DNA from: Candidatus Acetothermia bacterium
GTDB lineage: Bacteria > Bipolaricaulota > Bipolaricaulia > RBG-16-55-9 > DRXL01
NCBI GenBank assembly: GCA_022683945.1
Contig: JAJHSH010000027.1
Span: forward strand, 1 to 63,822
Direction: 5' to 3'
DNA: 63,822 nt
In this document: piece by piece, positions 53,724 to 63,493 of the stretch
How the letters are laid out: each line of letters starts with the position of its first letter
Position numbering within the stretch: position 1 is the first letter of the stretch
Program-made: the position numbers and the translations under genes
The notes under the pieces: generated by a model
Database searches by the model: none
What the model was told of the DNA's origin: nothing
What the model saw: the letters and a program-made list of their open reading frames with translations, nothing else

Positions 53724-54416
53724 TCACGGCCGGACGAGCGTGCCCAGCCGCCGGCCTCGAAGAATCTTCGTCAAATTCTCCGGCTCAGAGATATCAAAGA
53801 CGCAGATGAGGAGCTTCCGCTCACGACAGAGAGCCAGAGCCGTCAAGTCCATCACGTTCAATCTCTTTTCTATGGCCTCGTCGAGGGAAAGCTCTTTATA
53901 GAGTTTGGCTTTTGGGTTCTTTTTGGGGTCGTCGCTGTAGACGCCAGCGACGTGGGTCGCTTTCAGTAAGAGATCGGCGCCGATCTCGCCGGCGCGAATG
54001 GCCGCAGCCGTGTCCGTAGTCACGAAGGGGTTTCCCGTTCCGCCGGCGAAGACCACGATGCTCTTTTGTATCAGCGCTTGGCGGGCGCGCCGGGCATCAA
54101 TAGGGCCGGCATAGACAACGGGGATCGCCGATTGCAGCAGCACAGAGACGCCCAGACGCTCTAGGCGCTCGCGCAGCGCCATCCCATTCAGAATAGTAGC
54201 GAGCATTCCCATCTGATCGGCGATCACTCGGTCCAGCTCTTGCAGGTGCGCCCCGCGAACGAAATTCCCGCCGCCGGTGACGATGGCCAATTCGACAGCC
54301 TCGTCCCGCGCGCGCGCGATCTGTTGAGCGATCTTATCGAGCTTGACCGGATCTAAGGGCGCTTGGGAGCTGCCGAAGGCCTCGCCGGAGAGCTTGAGGA
54401 GAACGCGTCGGTACAC
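53724..54416 (-). CDS. pyrH: UMP kinase
   Basis: YRRVLLKLSGEAF, VTGGGNFVRG, FAGGTGNPFVTTDTAAA. Confidence 0.95.
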   Translation of the reverse strand: MYRRVLLKLSGEAFGSSQAPLDPVKLDKIAQQIARARDEAVELAIVTGGGNFVRGAHLQELDRVIADQMGMLATILNGMALRERLERLGVSVLLQSAIPVVYAGPIDARRARQALIQKSIVVFAGGTGNPFVTTDTAAAIRAGEIGADLLLKATHVAGVYSDDPKKNPKAKLYKELSLDEAIEKRLNVMDLTALALCRERKLLICVFDISEPENLTKILRGRRLGTLVRP

Positions 54417-54419
54417 GTC

Positions 54420-55013
54420 TCACTTTCCTACTTCAAAACGCGCAAATCTCTTAATGACGATCGTCTCGCCGGTCTTGCGCGAGAGCTCGCTGACGACATC
54501 TTCTACGGTCAGTTTATTATGGGGGTCTTTGATAAAGGGCTGTTGCATCAGACAGACTTGCTTATAAAAGCTCTGAATCTTGCCCTCAACAATCTTGTCG
54601 ATCACCTGAGCGGGCTTGCCCTCTTGCTCAGCTTGCTTGCGATAGACTTCTTTCTCTTGGACGATCACCGTTGCGGGGATGTCGCCGGCTTTGATATATT
54701 GCGGCGGGGGATAGGCTGCCGCGATGTGCATAGTTAAATCTCGTAAGACCTCGCGAAAGGCTTCGCTGTTGGCCGCGAAGTCCGTCTGGCAGTTCATCTC
54801 AAGCAAAACACCCACGCGCCCGTTGTGATGGATATAAGACTCGACGCGCCCTTGGTTGGCCTCCGAGGCCCTGGCCGCGAAGAGCTCTTTACCCTGTTCA
54901 CGCAAGATCTTCTTGGCTTTCTCTAAGTCGCCGTTGGCTTGCTCGAGAGCTCTCTTGCAATCTAAGATCCCGATGCCGGTCTCCTCGCGCAATCTTCTCA
55001 CCAGCTCGGTCAT
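54420..55013 (-). CDS. tsf: elongation factor Ts (short form)
   Basis: [30 protein letters not shown]... The rpsB-tsf-pyrH gene order supports the call. Confidence 0.9.
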   Translation of the reverse strand: MTELVRRLREETGIGILDCKRALEQANGDLEKAKKILREQGKELFAARASEANQGRVESYIHHNGRVGVLLEMNCQTDFAANSEAFREVLRDLTMHIAAAYPPPQYIKAGDIPATVIVQEKEVYRKQAEQEGKPAQVIDKIVEGKIQSFYKQVCLMQQPFIKDPHNKLTVEDVVSELSRKTGETIVIKRFARFEVGK

Positions 55014-55798
55014 GATAATGGCGCCTCCTGAGAGACCGTAGCCGCAGGCGCTTCGGCAGCGGCGGGGATGGGGGAGGCGAGCTGGGTCGCTGCTGCGCTC
55101 GTCTTATCGGCAGAACGCCCCTCGCGACCCTCCAAGACGGCATCGGCCATGCGGGCCGTGATGAGTTTGGTCGCTTTTATCGCGTCGTCGTTGCCGGGGA
55201 TCGGATAATCAATCGTATCGGGATCGCAGTTGGTGTCAACAATAGCGACGACGGGGATGCCTAAGAGACGCGCCTCGCGAATCGCATTCACCTCGACGAT
55301 CGTGTCAACGACATAGAGCGCGCCCGGCAGACGCTCCATGTTTCTCAAACCTTCCAAGTTGCGCTGGAGCTTCATCAGTTCGCGACGCCAGTGCTGGGCT
55401 TCTTTGGGGGGCATCGTATCGAAGATGCCGACGCGCTCCTGCTCTTCCAGATCTTTCATGCGCCGGATGCGCTTCTGAATAATGCCGTGATTGGTGAGCG
55501 TGCCGCCCAGCCAGCGACGATTCACATAATGCGCCCCGCAGCGCTTGGCCTCTTCGGCAATGGTCTCTTGCACTTGGCGCTTGGTGCCGACGAAGAGCGC
55601 CTCTTCGCCCGCAGCTACCGTGCTCTGAATAAAGAGATACGCCTCTTCAAAAAGACGGATCGTCTTCTCTAAGTCTATAATATGAATCCCCTTGCGCTCC
55701 GTAAAAATATAATCGCGCATCTTGGGGTTCCATTTCCGTACGCGGTGCCCGAAGTGCACCCCCGTCTCCAACAGCTCTTTAATCGTTAACAGTTCCAC
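55010..55798 (-). CDS. rpsB: 30S ribosomal protein S2
   Basis: [26 protein letters not shown] start at 55798 has GGAGGAGG 4 nt upstream, so the ORF-track ATG at 55852 is unlikely. The C-terminal tail is Ala/Pro-rich. Confidence 0.93.
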   Translation of the reverse strand: MELLTIKELLETGVHFGHRVRKWNPKMRDYIFTERKGIHIIDLEKTIRLFEEAYLFIQSTVAAGEEALFVGTKRQVQETIAEEAKRCGAHYVNRRWLGGTLTNHGIIQKRIRRMKDLEEQERVGIFDTMPPKEAQHWRRELMKLQRNLEGLRNMERLPGALYVVDTIVEVNAIREARLLGIPVVAIVDTNCDPDTIDYPIPGNDDAIKATKLITARMADAVLEGREGRSADKTSAAATQLASPIPAAAEAPAATVSQEAPLS

Positions 55799-55980
55799 AT
55801 GGCCTCCTCCTTTGGAGCTCAAATATCTGACAGAGTTTAGCGTATGACTCATATGAGATAACGCCCCAATAATGTAGCAAAACCGAAGAGAATCTGCAAG
55901 TATGGTCGAACTGATCTGAGATTGCGCGCGATTTTTCTCTTTCCCACAAAAGCGTTATAATCTCTGTAGGTGATCTGAGC

Positions 55981-57399
55981 GTGCCTGAGCCCGTGTCGTC
56001 CGAATTTGCGCGTCCCTTGCCGAAGAACCGCGAGGCCGAACAAGTGCTTCTCGGCGCGGCCATGCTCGAGCCGGAGCAGGTCGTCCCCCAGCTTTTAGAA
56101 GTGCTCCAACCCGACGACTTCTACTGGAAAGCCCATCAGATTATTTACAGAGCGATCTTAGAGCTCTTCGACGCCGGCGCGCCCGCAGATCCCATTGCTG
56201 TGGGCAACCGCTTGGAAGAACTCAAAAAACTGGACGATGTCGGAGGGCGAGCCTATCTCAATGAGCTTTTGGCCAAAGTGACCACCACGGCGAGCGTGCC
56301 CTACTACGCTGAGATTATCAAGAAAAAAGCGACGCTGCGGGCGCTCATCCAAGCGGGCCATGAGATCGCCGAGCTGGGCTTTCACGAGGAGTCCGATTTA
56401 GAAGAGCTGCTCGACGGCGCGGAAGAGAAAGTCTTCGAAGTCTCACGCTTCCAGATCAAACAGAATTATTATCTTCTCAAAGACTTCTTGCACGAGCATC
56501 TGGCGCACTTAGAAAAACTGCAGCAAGACCCCCAAAGACACGCTGTGACCGGGTTGCCTACGGGATATAGAAAATTCGACGAGATGACCTCGGGGTTGCA
56601 GCGCTCGGACTTGATCATCATCGCGGCGCGCCCCAGCGTGGGCAAGACGAGCTTGGCGCTCTCGGTCGGGCGGCAGATGGCGCTGCGCTACGGATACTCT
56701 GCGGGCATCTTCTCTCTAGAGATGACCAAAGAGCAAGTCTTAGAGAGACTGCTCTGCGCCGAGGCGCGCATCAATTTGCATCGGTTGCGCGGCGGGTATT
56801 TACAGACAGATTCAGAATCTTGGCGCAGGATCATCAATGCCGCCAGCAAACTGCAAAACAGCAAGATCTTCATAGACGACACGCCCAGTCTTTCGGTGCT
56901 GGAGTTAAAAGCGAAGGCGCGACGGATGAAGGCCGAGCACAATCTCGATGTGCTCTTTGTGGACTATTTGCAGCTGATCGAAGCGGGGAGCCACAGCGAC
57001 GTGCGCGAGCAAGAAGTAGCATATATTGCGCGATCGTTGAAGGGCTTGGCGCGCGAGTTGGATATTCCCGTGGTGGCGATCTCGCAGCTCTCGCGGGCGC
57101 CGGAGCGCCCGCCGCGAAGGCCCAGACTCTCAGATCTCAGGGAATCGGGGGAGATCGAGCAGACCGCCGATGTCGTGCTCTTCTTGTATCGTGAAGAGAC
57201 GGGCAGCGAAGAGAATTCTGAAGGAGAAGAATCTCAGGGACCTGAGCAACACCAGACAGCGCCGCTGGTGCACGATACGGAGATTATTATCGGCAAGCAG
57301 CGCAACGGACCCACAGGCGTCTTCAATCTGCTCTTCCATCGCACCTACACGAGCTTTGAAGAGCACTTTATCACCGAGCCGGGAAGACCGCCGTTTTAG
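55981..57399 (+). CDS. dnaB: replicative DNA helicase
   Basis: LPKNREAEQVLLGAAMLEP, Walker A ARPSVGKT, LFVDYLQL, and ISQLSR. GTG start. Confidence 0.95.
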   Translation: MPEPVSSEFARPLPKNREAEQVLLGAAMLEPEQVVPQLLEVLQPDDFYWKAHQIIYRAILELFDAGAPADPIAVGNRLEELKKLDDVGGRAYLNELLAKVTTTASVPYYAEIIKKKATLRALIQAGHEIAELGFHEESDLEELLDGAEEKVFEVSRFQIKQNYYLLKDFLHEHLAHLEKLQQDPQRHAVTGLPTGYRKFDEMTSGLQRSDLIIIAARPSVGKTSLALSVGRQMALRYGYSAGIFSLEMTKEQVLERLLCAEARINLHRLRGGYLQTDSESWRRIINAASKLQNSKIFIDDTPSLSVLELKAKARRMKAEHNLDVLFVDYLQLIEAGSHSDVREQEVAYIARSLKGLARELDIPVVAISQLSRAPERPPRRPRLSDLRESGEIEQTADVVLFLYREETGSEENSEGEESQGPEQHQTAPLVHDTEIIIGKQRNGPTGVFNLLFHRTYTSFEEHFITEPGRPPF

Positions 57400-57405
57400 C
57401 ATCGT

Positions 57406-57434
57406 TTGCCCTCTCCGTATCCCATCGGTATAAT
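57406..57434 (+). promoter_or_regulatory. candidate promoter of the liv-type ABC operon
   Basis: TTGCCC (57406-57411), 17-nt spacer, TATAAT (57429-57434). Confidence 0.35.
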
Positions 57435-57467
57435 TTCGGCAAATCTCATGCGAGGTTTGGGTGTTCT

Positions 57468-58262
57468 ATGCCCGGCGAGATCTTGCTGGAAGTGCGGGAC
57501 TTGGTCAAAGACTTTGGCGGCCTGCGCGCCGTCAACAAATGCTCGTTGTCGGTGCAGCGCGGCACGATCACCGGGCTGATCGGCCCCAACGGCGCGGGCA
57601 AAACGACGCTCTTCAATCTCGTCACCGGCTTTCACCGCCCCGACAGCGGACAGGTCTTCTTTCGGGGCGAAGAGATCACGGGGTTAGCCCCGTACAGGGT
57701 CTTTCACAAAAAGCTCTGTCGGACCTTTCAAATCCCGCGAGAGTTCAAGCAGATGACTGTCTTAGAGAATTTAATGCTCGTGCCGGCGGGGCAGCGCGGC
57801 GAGAATCTCCTCTATCCTTGGTTTCTGCCGAAAATTGTGCGCCGCCAAGAGCAAGAGATCAGGGAGAAGGCCCTCTCGGTTCTGGAGTTTGTCAATCTGA
57901 TTCACTTAGAAGACGAGTACGCGGGGAATCTCTCCGGGGGACAGAAGAAACTATTAGAATTGGCGCGCACGCTGATGGCCGACCCGGAGATGGTTCTCTT
58001 AGACGAGCCGGGCGCGGGCGTCAATCCGACACTGATGAAGCAGCTCGTGGCGAATATCGAAAAGCTCTGCTACGAGCGCGGCGTGACGTTCTTATTAATT
58101 GAACATGACATGGACTTGGTGATGAGTTTGTGCAGTCCTGTGATCGTGATGAGCAACGGCGAAAAATTAGCCGAGGGCTCGCCCCAAGAGATTCAACACA
58201 ACGAGCGCGTATTAGAAGCCTATCTGGGCAGCCAATATCGTCGTGCGGTGGTGCAAGAGTGA
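57468..58262 (+). CDS. livG: branched-chain amino acid type ABC transporter ATP-binding protein (LivG-like)
   Basis: GPNGAGKTT, LSGGQKKLLELAR, LLDEPGAGV, and the LivG-type C-terminal extension. Confidence 0.88.
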   Translation: MPGEILLEVRDLVKDFGGLRAVNKCSLSVQRGTITGLIGPNGAGKTTLFNLVTGFHRPDSGQVFFRGEEITGLAPYRVFHKKLCRTFQIPREFKQMTVLENLMLVPAGQRGENLLYPWFLPKIVRRQEQEIREKALSVLEFVNLIHLEDEYAGNLSGGQKKLLELARTLMADPEMVLLDEPGAGVNPTLMKQLVANIEKLCYERGVTFLLIEHDMDLVMSLCSPVIVMSNGEKLAEGSPQEIQHNERVLEAYLGSQYRRAVVQE

Positions 58263-58264
58263 AT

Positions 58265-58969
58265 ATGGCGCTCTTAGAAGTTCAGAGTATCGTTTCCGGT
58301 TACGGTGGGATGGAGATCCTGCACGGTGTCTCTATCAAAATCGAGCCGGGGCAGATCGTCTCTATCATTGGGCCCAACGGGGCCGGCAAGAGCACGCTCT
58401 TGAAAACGGTCTTTGGGCTTCTGGCTCCCAAAGCCGGACACGTCTTCTTTGACGGTCGAGAGATTACGGGCTGGAGCCCAGATCAGATCGTGCGATTGGG
58501 CATGTGTTTTGTGCCTCAGACAGAAAACGTCTTTCCCTCGCTGACGATCCAAGAGAATTTTGAGATGGGCGCTTTTATTCGTACGGATGATCTTCGAGAC
58601 CGGCTTGCTCTGGTCTTTGATCTCTTCCCCGATCTGAAGACGCGGCGTCACGTGAAAGTGGGGGCGCTCTCCGGGGGGCAGCGCCAGATGGTGGCGATGG
58701 GCCGGGCGTTGATGCTCGACCCGAAATTATTATTATTAGACGAGCCGAGCGCGGGGCTCGCTCCCAAGATGGTCGAGCTGATCTTTGAGAAGATCAAAGA
58801 GATCAATAGAGCCGGGGTGGCGATGGTGATGGTGGAGCAGAACGCGCGGGAAGCGCTCAAATTTTCTGATTGGGGCTATGTATTGGCTTCTGGAGAGAAT
58901 CGCTTTGAAGATAGCGGGCCGGCGCTCTTGCAGAACGAAGAGATCGGGCGGCTCTATCTGGGCGGGTAA
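58265..58969 (+). CDS. livF: branched-chain amino acid type ABC transporter ATP-binding protein (LivF-like)
   Basis: GPNGAGKST, LSGGQRQMVAMGRAL, LLLDEPSAGLAP. The ATG at 58265 is preferred over the ORF-track start at 58130. Confidence 0.88.
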   Translation: MALLEVQSIVSGYGGMEILHGVSIKIEPGQIVSIIGPNGAGKSTLLKTVFGLLAPKAGHVFFDGREITGWSPDQIVRLGMCFVPQTENVFPSLTIQENFEMGAFIRTDDLRDRLALVFDLFPDLKTRRHVKVGALSGGQRQMVAMGRALMLDPKLLLLDEPSAGLAPKMVELIFEKIKEINRAGVAMVMVEQNAREALKFSDWGYVLASGENRFEDSGPALLQNEEIGRLYLGG

Positions 58970-59109
58970 AAGGAGCGTGAAAACGATGGCCAAAGTAGCG
59001 GAAGCCAAGAGAGTGCTGCGCCCTACGACCGATCTTTTAGAAGTTGGCTTGGAAAAGCTTGAGTGAAAGTGAAGTAAACTCATAGACAGCTTGCCCGACG
59101 ATTGGAGCT

Positions 59110-60144
59110 ATGTTGCGAGAGATAGACAGAGTGAGAGGGATCTTGTGGAGCGTCATTGTGGTCACCATGGGATGGGCGCTCTTCTTTGTCCCTGATGGCC
59201 CTCAATACGTCGTCAACGGCATCCGGTATGGGAGCATCTTAATGCTGGGAGCGATCGGATTGTCTCTGACGTATAAGATCTTGAATTTTGCCAACTTCTC
59301 GCACGGTGAGTTCATCGTCATCGGGGCGTTTGTGACCTACGCTATTCACGGCCCGCTGCTAGAGGCTTTGCCTCAATGGTTTCCCGCGCTGCTCAACCTC
59401 ATCGGCGATGAGTACATGCGCTATCTGGCCGTGGGAATCGGGTTGTTCTTCTCGGTTGTCGTAGCCTCGCTCGTCGCGATGGGGATAGATCGAGTGCTCT
59501 ATCGTCGCATGCGCAAGAGCGCGGCGGTCGTCTTGATCATCGCTTCGTTCGGGATGTCGCTCTTTCTGCGCAGCATCGTCCAAGCGATCTGGGGGACGGG
59601 GAATAAAGCCTATGCGGTCTTGATCAAACCGGGGACGCTCTTCGATTTTGAGCTGTTTCGCATTCGCATGAGCACTCTCGAGATCGCTACAGTGACGATC
59701 GCTTTGTTGCTAATTGTTCTACTCCATCTCTTTCTCAAGTACACACGCACCGGCAAGGCCATGCGCGCCATGTCCGATAACGTAGATCTGGCCCGTATCA
59801 GCGGGGTCAACACCGAGCGCATGATCGCGTGGACGTGGGGGATCGGAGCAGGTCTCGCTGCCATTGCAGGGGTCTTTATGGGGTTGAACTTCGGGGCCTT
59901 CAATCCCAACACGGGAGGCCTGGTGCTCCTTTCGCTCTTTGCCGCGGTGATCTTAGGAGGCATCGGCAGCCCTTATGGAGCGATGTTGGGAGGGCTGATC
60001 ATCGGAGTAGCTCAGAATATCTTAGTCGCTCCGGCGACGAGCATCTCGTCGCAGTATCAACCGGCGGTGGCCTTCTCCTTGATGATTGCAATGCTGCTCA
60101 TTCGTCCGCAGGGGCTGCTGGGCGAGGCGGAGAGACGGGGGTAA
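59110..60144 (+). CDS. livH: branched-chain amino acid type ABC permease (LivH-like)
   Basis: About 8 TM helices, with YGSILMLGAIGLSLTY and TGKAMRAMSDN. Confidence 0.85.
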   Translation: MLREIDRVRGILWSVIVVTMGWALFFVPDGPQYVVNGIRYGSILMLGAIGLSLTYKILNFANFSHGEFIVIGAFVTYAIHGPLLEALPQWFPALLNLIGDEYMRYLAVGIGLFFSVVVASLVAMGIDRVLYRRMRKSAAVVLIIASFGMSLFLRSIVQAIWGTGNKAYAVLIKPGTLFDFELFRIRMSTLEIATVTIALLLIVLLHLFLKYTRTGKAMRAMSDNVDLARISGVNTERMIAWTWGIGAGLAAIAGVFMGLNFGAFNPNTGGLVLLSLFAAVILGGIGSPYGAMLGGLIIGVAQNILVAPATSISSQYQPAVAFSLMIAMLLIRPQGLLGEAERRG

Positions 60145-60146
60145 GT

Positions 60147-61385
60147 ATGGCGCAGATCATGGCGCTCTCGATGATGGTCACAGCGCTAGCTGGGCTGGCG
60201 CTCTTGTTGACGCGCCGTCGGGCCCGCGATCGCTGGGTCACCGTCGCAGCGATCCTAGCGCTTTTTGGGACTGTGTTGGGGATTGCCGGGGCCGTGGGAG
60301 TCGAGCCGGTGCGCATGGTCTCTTATCTGGTCAATTTTGTCATCTTGGCCGGTCTCTACGCGCTGTTGGCTTTGGGACTGAATGTCCAATGGGGATACAC
60401 AGGGTTGTTTAATATTGGCGTAGCGGGCTTTTTCGGGCTGGGAGCGTATCTCTCGACGATTCTCGTCCAGAACCCCAAGAATCTCGAAGTTACGCCGGGC
60501 TTGGCGGGCTTCTTCGCAACGTACTACAACTTGCCCTTTCCCCTCGGCCTGTTGGGAGCAATGCTCGCTTCTGGGGTGCTCGCGCTGATTGTGGGCGTGG
60601 CTACACTGCGCTTGCGCACGGACTACCTCGCTATAGCGACGATCGGCATCGCGGAGATCTTGCGGATCATCGTGACCAATGAGCGGACGCTGACCGAGGG
60701 GACGCGCGGCATCCCTAATATTCCGCAGCCCCTTTATGAGTGTCTCGTGCGCCAGGTCGTTCCCAAGCCCCTGTGTGAGCTCTTAGGGATGCAGATCCCC
60801 CAATTTATAGAGCCGGCATATTATAATTGGTTTTACGTCCTGATTGTGATCGGTCTGTTGGCTCTGGGGCTGTTAGCGATCGAGGGCATCGCGCGGTCGC
60901 CGTGGGGAAGGGTGCTGCGCGCGGTGCGCGAAGACGAAGAGGCCACCAACGCCTTGGGGAAGAACGTCTTTGCATTCAAGTTGCAGTCGCTCATCGTCGG
61001 GGCGATGATCATGGGGGCAGCGGGGAGCCTTTGGGCGCACTTTGTCAAATTTGTAGACCCGCAGATCTTCGATCCGGTGACGGGCACTTTTTTGGTCTGG
61101 GTGATGCTCATCGTGGGGGGCACGGGCAACAATCGCGGGGCGATCTTGGGGGCGTTTATCATGTGGGGCATCTGGAGCGCCACGAACTTTCTCAATGACA
61201 TCCTACCGCCGATCTTGGACACTCCCTTGGGCAAGATCAATGTAGCAGCGCAGCTTTTCGGACCTATACGGATTATCTCGATAGCGATTATGCTCGAACT
61301 GATTCTGCTCTTCCGGCCCAGAGGGCTTCTGGGCGAGGAGAAGATCACTTCGACGTTTGCATCTGCCTCTGACTTGAAGAAGTGA
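60147..61385 (+). CDS. livM: branched-chain amino acid type ABC permease (LivM-like)
   Basis: GLNVQWGYTGLFNIGVAGFFGLGAY, LRLRTDYLAIATIGIAEI, SPWGRVLRAVREDEEA. The ATG at 60147 is preferred; the ORF-track start at 59829 is an out-of-frame overlap with livH. Confidence 0.85.
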   Translation: MAQIMALSMMVTALAGLALLLTRRRARDRWVTVAAILALFGTVLGIAGAVGVEPVRMVSYLVNFVILAGLYALLALGLNVQWGYTGLFNIGVAGFFGLGAYLSTILVQNPKNLEVTPGLAGFFATYYNLPFPLGLLGAMLASGVLALIVGVATLRLRTDYLAIATIGIAEILRIIVTNERTLTEGTRGIPNIPQPLYECLVRQVVPKPLCELLGMQIPQFIEPAYYNWFYVLIVIGLLALGLLAIEGIARSPWGRVLRAVREDEEATNALGKNVFAFKLQSLIVGAMIMGAAGSLWAHFVKFVDPQIFDPVTGTFLVWVMLIVGGTGNNRGAILGAFIMWGIWSATNFLNDILPPILDTPLGKINVAAQLFGPIRIISIAIMLELILLFRPRGLLGEEKITSTFASASDLKK

Positions 61386-61442
61386 AAAGCCCCTTGAGCG
61401 ATGAGCGCTCAAGGGGCTTGGCTGCGACTGTAACTGTAACGG

Positions 61443-62717
61443 TTATGGCTTCTTGCAGGTGGGGGGATCGCCTGCGGTGCACTGATAGACTTCCAGCTCG
61501 ACGATCTTGCCGTTGCGGATCGTCCAGGTGCCCACCGGGCCCACAGGTTCGCCGGCCCTGTCCAAGTCCACCGAGCCCGAAGCACCCTCATAGTTGATAT
61601 CTCGGTTGGCTTTGACGGCATCCAGCGCTTGCCTGAGCTGCCCGACGGTGAAAACATCTCCGGGCGGGTTGGCCACGACGCGCAGGTTGTCCCGTATCTT
61701 CAGCCCGTTGTAATCACCGGCCCTCTGGATGGCCAAGCAGACGATCGCGAGAGCGTCGAAGGAGTGCGGCGTGAAGACAAAGGGGTCTTCGTTGAGGCGT
61801 GTCTTGTAGGCCTTAGCAAAGGCATCACCACCGGCTCCAGGAGCTAACGCTGGAGCAGTACCCCCTTTGCCCTCTAGCGGCGCCGTTCCAATTGACCGCA
61901 CTAGGCGATCAATCAAGTCTTGGTTCTTATTGCCATCTACTAACAAGTCAAAGTTGGTAGCTCCGGCACGCACCATCTGTGTGATGAGCGCCTCGCCCTC
62001 ATCGAAAGTGATGAGCGAGATGGCATCGGGGTTGCCCCCTCGCGCTTGGGCAATCTGAGCGGAGAAGTCGGTGACATCGCGCTCGTAGAGCGCAATAGCA
62101 GTAACTTGCCCTCCCAACTTGCGGAAGTTATCCGCCGTGGCTTGGGCCAAGCCCGCCCCGTAGGCGTCGTTGCGAGCGATGATCGCAATCCTGCGATAGC
62201 GCTTGGTGTTGAAAGCCAGGTCGGCCAGCACGATACCCTGAAGTGTGTCCGGGGGCGCGGTGCGGAAGACCAGATCGTTGTCATTGAGATTGGTGATCGC
62301 TGGTGAGGTAGCCGAGGGCGAGATGAGCACGACCCCAGCAGGCACGGTGACGCTGGAGATGGGGATGGTCACGCCGCTGGCCGCCGCGCCGAAGATCACT
62401 TGAACTCTGTTGACGTTGACCAGATCGGTAGCCGCTGCCACACCTTGCGCGGGATTGGTGCCGCTGTCGCGCACGATCAGCTCGACGCGGCGACCGAGCA
62501 CGCCTCCAGCGGCATTGACCTCATCGAGCGCGAGTTGTGCTGCTACTTGGAAGCGCGGGCCGAAGCTAGCCAACGCGCCGCTCAACGGAATGACGGAACC
62601 GATAAGAATGGGTTGTTGTCCTAGAGAAGCAAATGGGCGCAGCGCCAAGCCGCTAGCTGCTATACCTAAACCCTTGAGGAACGTACGACGACGAAGTGTC
62701 TTTTTCTGAAGGTTCAT
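61443..62717 (-). CDS. ABC substrate-binding protein, Leu/Ile/Val-binding type, Tat signal
   Basis: RRRTFLKGLGIAASGLAL, IGSVIPLSGALASFG, and a Peripla_BP_6-like pattern. It is convergent with livM. Confidence 0.85.
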   Translation of the reverse strand: MNLQKKTLRRRTFLKGLGIAASGLALRPFASLGQQPILIGSVIPLSGALASFGPRFQVAAQLALDEVNAAGGVLGRRVELIVRDSGTNPAQGVAAATDLVNVNRVQVIFGAAASGVTIPISSVTVPAGVVLISPSATSPAITNLNDNDLVFRTAPPDTLQGIVLADLAFNTKRYRRIAIIARNDAYGAGLAQATADNFRKLGGQVTAIALYERDVTDFSAQIAQARGGNPDAISLITFDEGEALITQMVRAGATNFDLLVDGNKNQDLIDRLVRSIGTAPLEGKGGTAPALAPGAGGDAFAKAYKTRLNEDPFVFTPHSFDALAIVCLAIQRAGDYNGLKIRDNLRVVANPPGDVFTVGQLRQALDAVKANRDINYEGASGSVDLDRAGEPVGPVGTWTIRNGKIVELEVYQCTAGDPPTCKKP

Positions 62718-62761
62718 AATACTGACTAAGACCCTCCTTTAGATTTAGATTGAGTTCGCTG

Positions 62762-62892
62762 GCCGTTGAACGTCTGGTTAAAGAGATCACACCAATCTGA
62801 GTGTTCCATGATAGGCTAAGCCCCTCTGTGCGGAACCACCTCCATCGTTGGTCTTCCCTCGCGTACGACTAAGCTGGCAGACGTTCAACGGC
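62762..62892 (-). promoter_or_regulatory. structured 5' leader: perfect 15-bp inverted repeat closing a 101-nt domain
   Basis: gccgttgaacgtctg (62762-62776) is the exact reverse complement of cagacgttcaacggc (62878-62892). The element lies between the predicted promoter and the start codon of the binding-protein gene. Confidence 0.4.
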
Positions 62893-62909
62893 TTTTGGCT
62901 GTTTGAAGC

Positions 62910-62938
62910 ATTATAGTCTCGAAAACTTGAAAAGTCAA
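62910..62938 (-). promoter_or_regulatory. consensus-like sigma70 promoter for the binding-protein gene
   Basis: On the minus strand, TTGACT (62938-62933), 17-nt spacer, TATAAT (62915-62910). This predicts a leader of about 185 nt. Confidence 0.55.
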
Positions 62939-63121
62939 GAGCTTGATGGGGCAAGTTTTGAATCACGGAAAGCACGGATTGACAAAACGGCCCAAAACTT
63001 CTATGCCTGCCGCTACCGTTCAAGACCTCGCCCCTACTTCCCCCCTTCCCTTTAGGGAAGGGGAAGGGGGTTAGGCCAAAAACCACCGCCCCCAGGGGCG
63101 CTTGCTTGCATCGCTCCAACC

Positions 63122-63493
63122 CTAGCGATGGCTGTCCGTGATGCGAACCTCGTCACGGCCAAAGTCGATCAACAGCCGCTTCTTTTGCAATAATCGCGTG
63201 CCGATCAAAATATCTGTGGAATCAGTGGCCACTACATAGACTTCCAGTCGTTTACGATCGAAGATGATTCTTCCCCGATAGACTCGCTCTCGGACAACGC
63301 CTCCGGAGGCCAGTTCGTAGTCCTCAAAACCGAGCCACTCCCAATCAGATTGCTGAATCACAGGCTTGGGCACGCTTAGATAGCCGTTGAAGCCCGTGTC
63401 AATGACTGCCACGTGCTTGCGGCGCTCTCTTCCAATGTCCAGGGTGATGTGGACGAGAGGCTCACCGTATTTGTTAACGCGCCCGCGAAGCAT
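63122..63493 (-). CDS. retropepsin-like (clan AA) aspartic protease (123 aa)
   Basis: VAVIDTGFNGYLSVP contains the D-T-G active-site motif, followed by ILIGTRLL. The size and layout match the small bacterial/archaeal clan AA proteases. Confidence 0.75.
   Translation of the reverse strand: MLRGRVNKYGEPLVHITLDIGRERRKHVAVIDTGFNGYLSVPKPVIQQSDWEWLGFEDYELASGGVVRERVYRGRIIFDRKRLEVYVVATDSTDILIGTRLLQKKRLLIDFGRDEVRITDSHR

Noticed and set aside
58130-60146. N-terminal extensions of livF (58130) and livM (59829) given by the ORF track
   Set aside because: The extensions overlap the preceding genes in another frame and are Arg-rich. Canonical family N-termini begin at the ATGs at 58265 and 60147.
62787-63119. 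110-aa minus-strand ORF upstream of the binding-protein gene
   Set aside because: It spans the predicted promoter, the leader and a GGGAAGGGG hairpin, and has no RBS or protein-like composition. The region is better explained as regulatory or non-coding.
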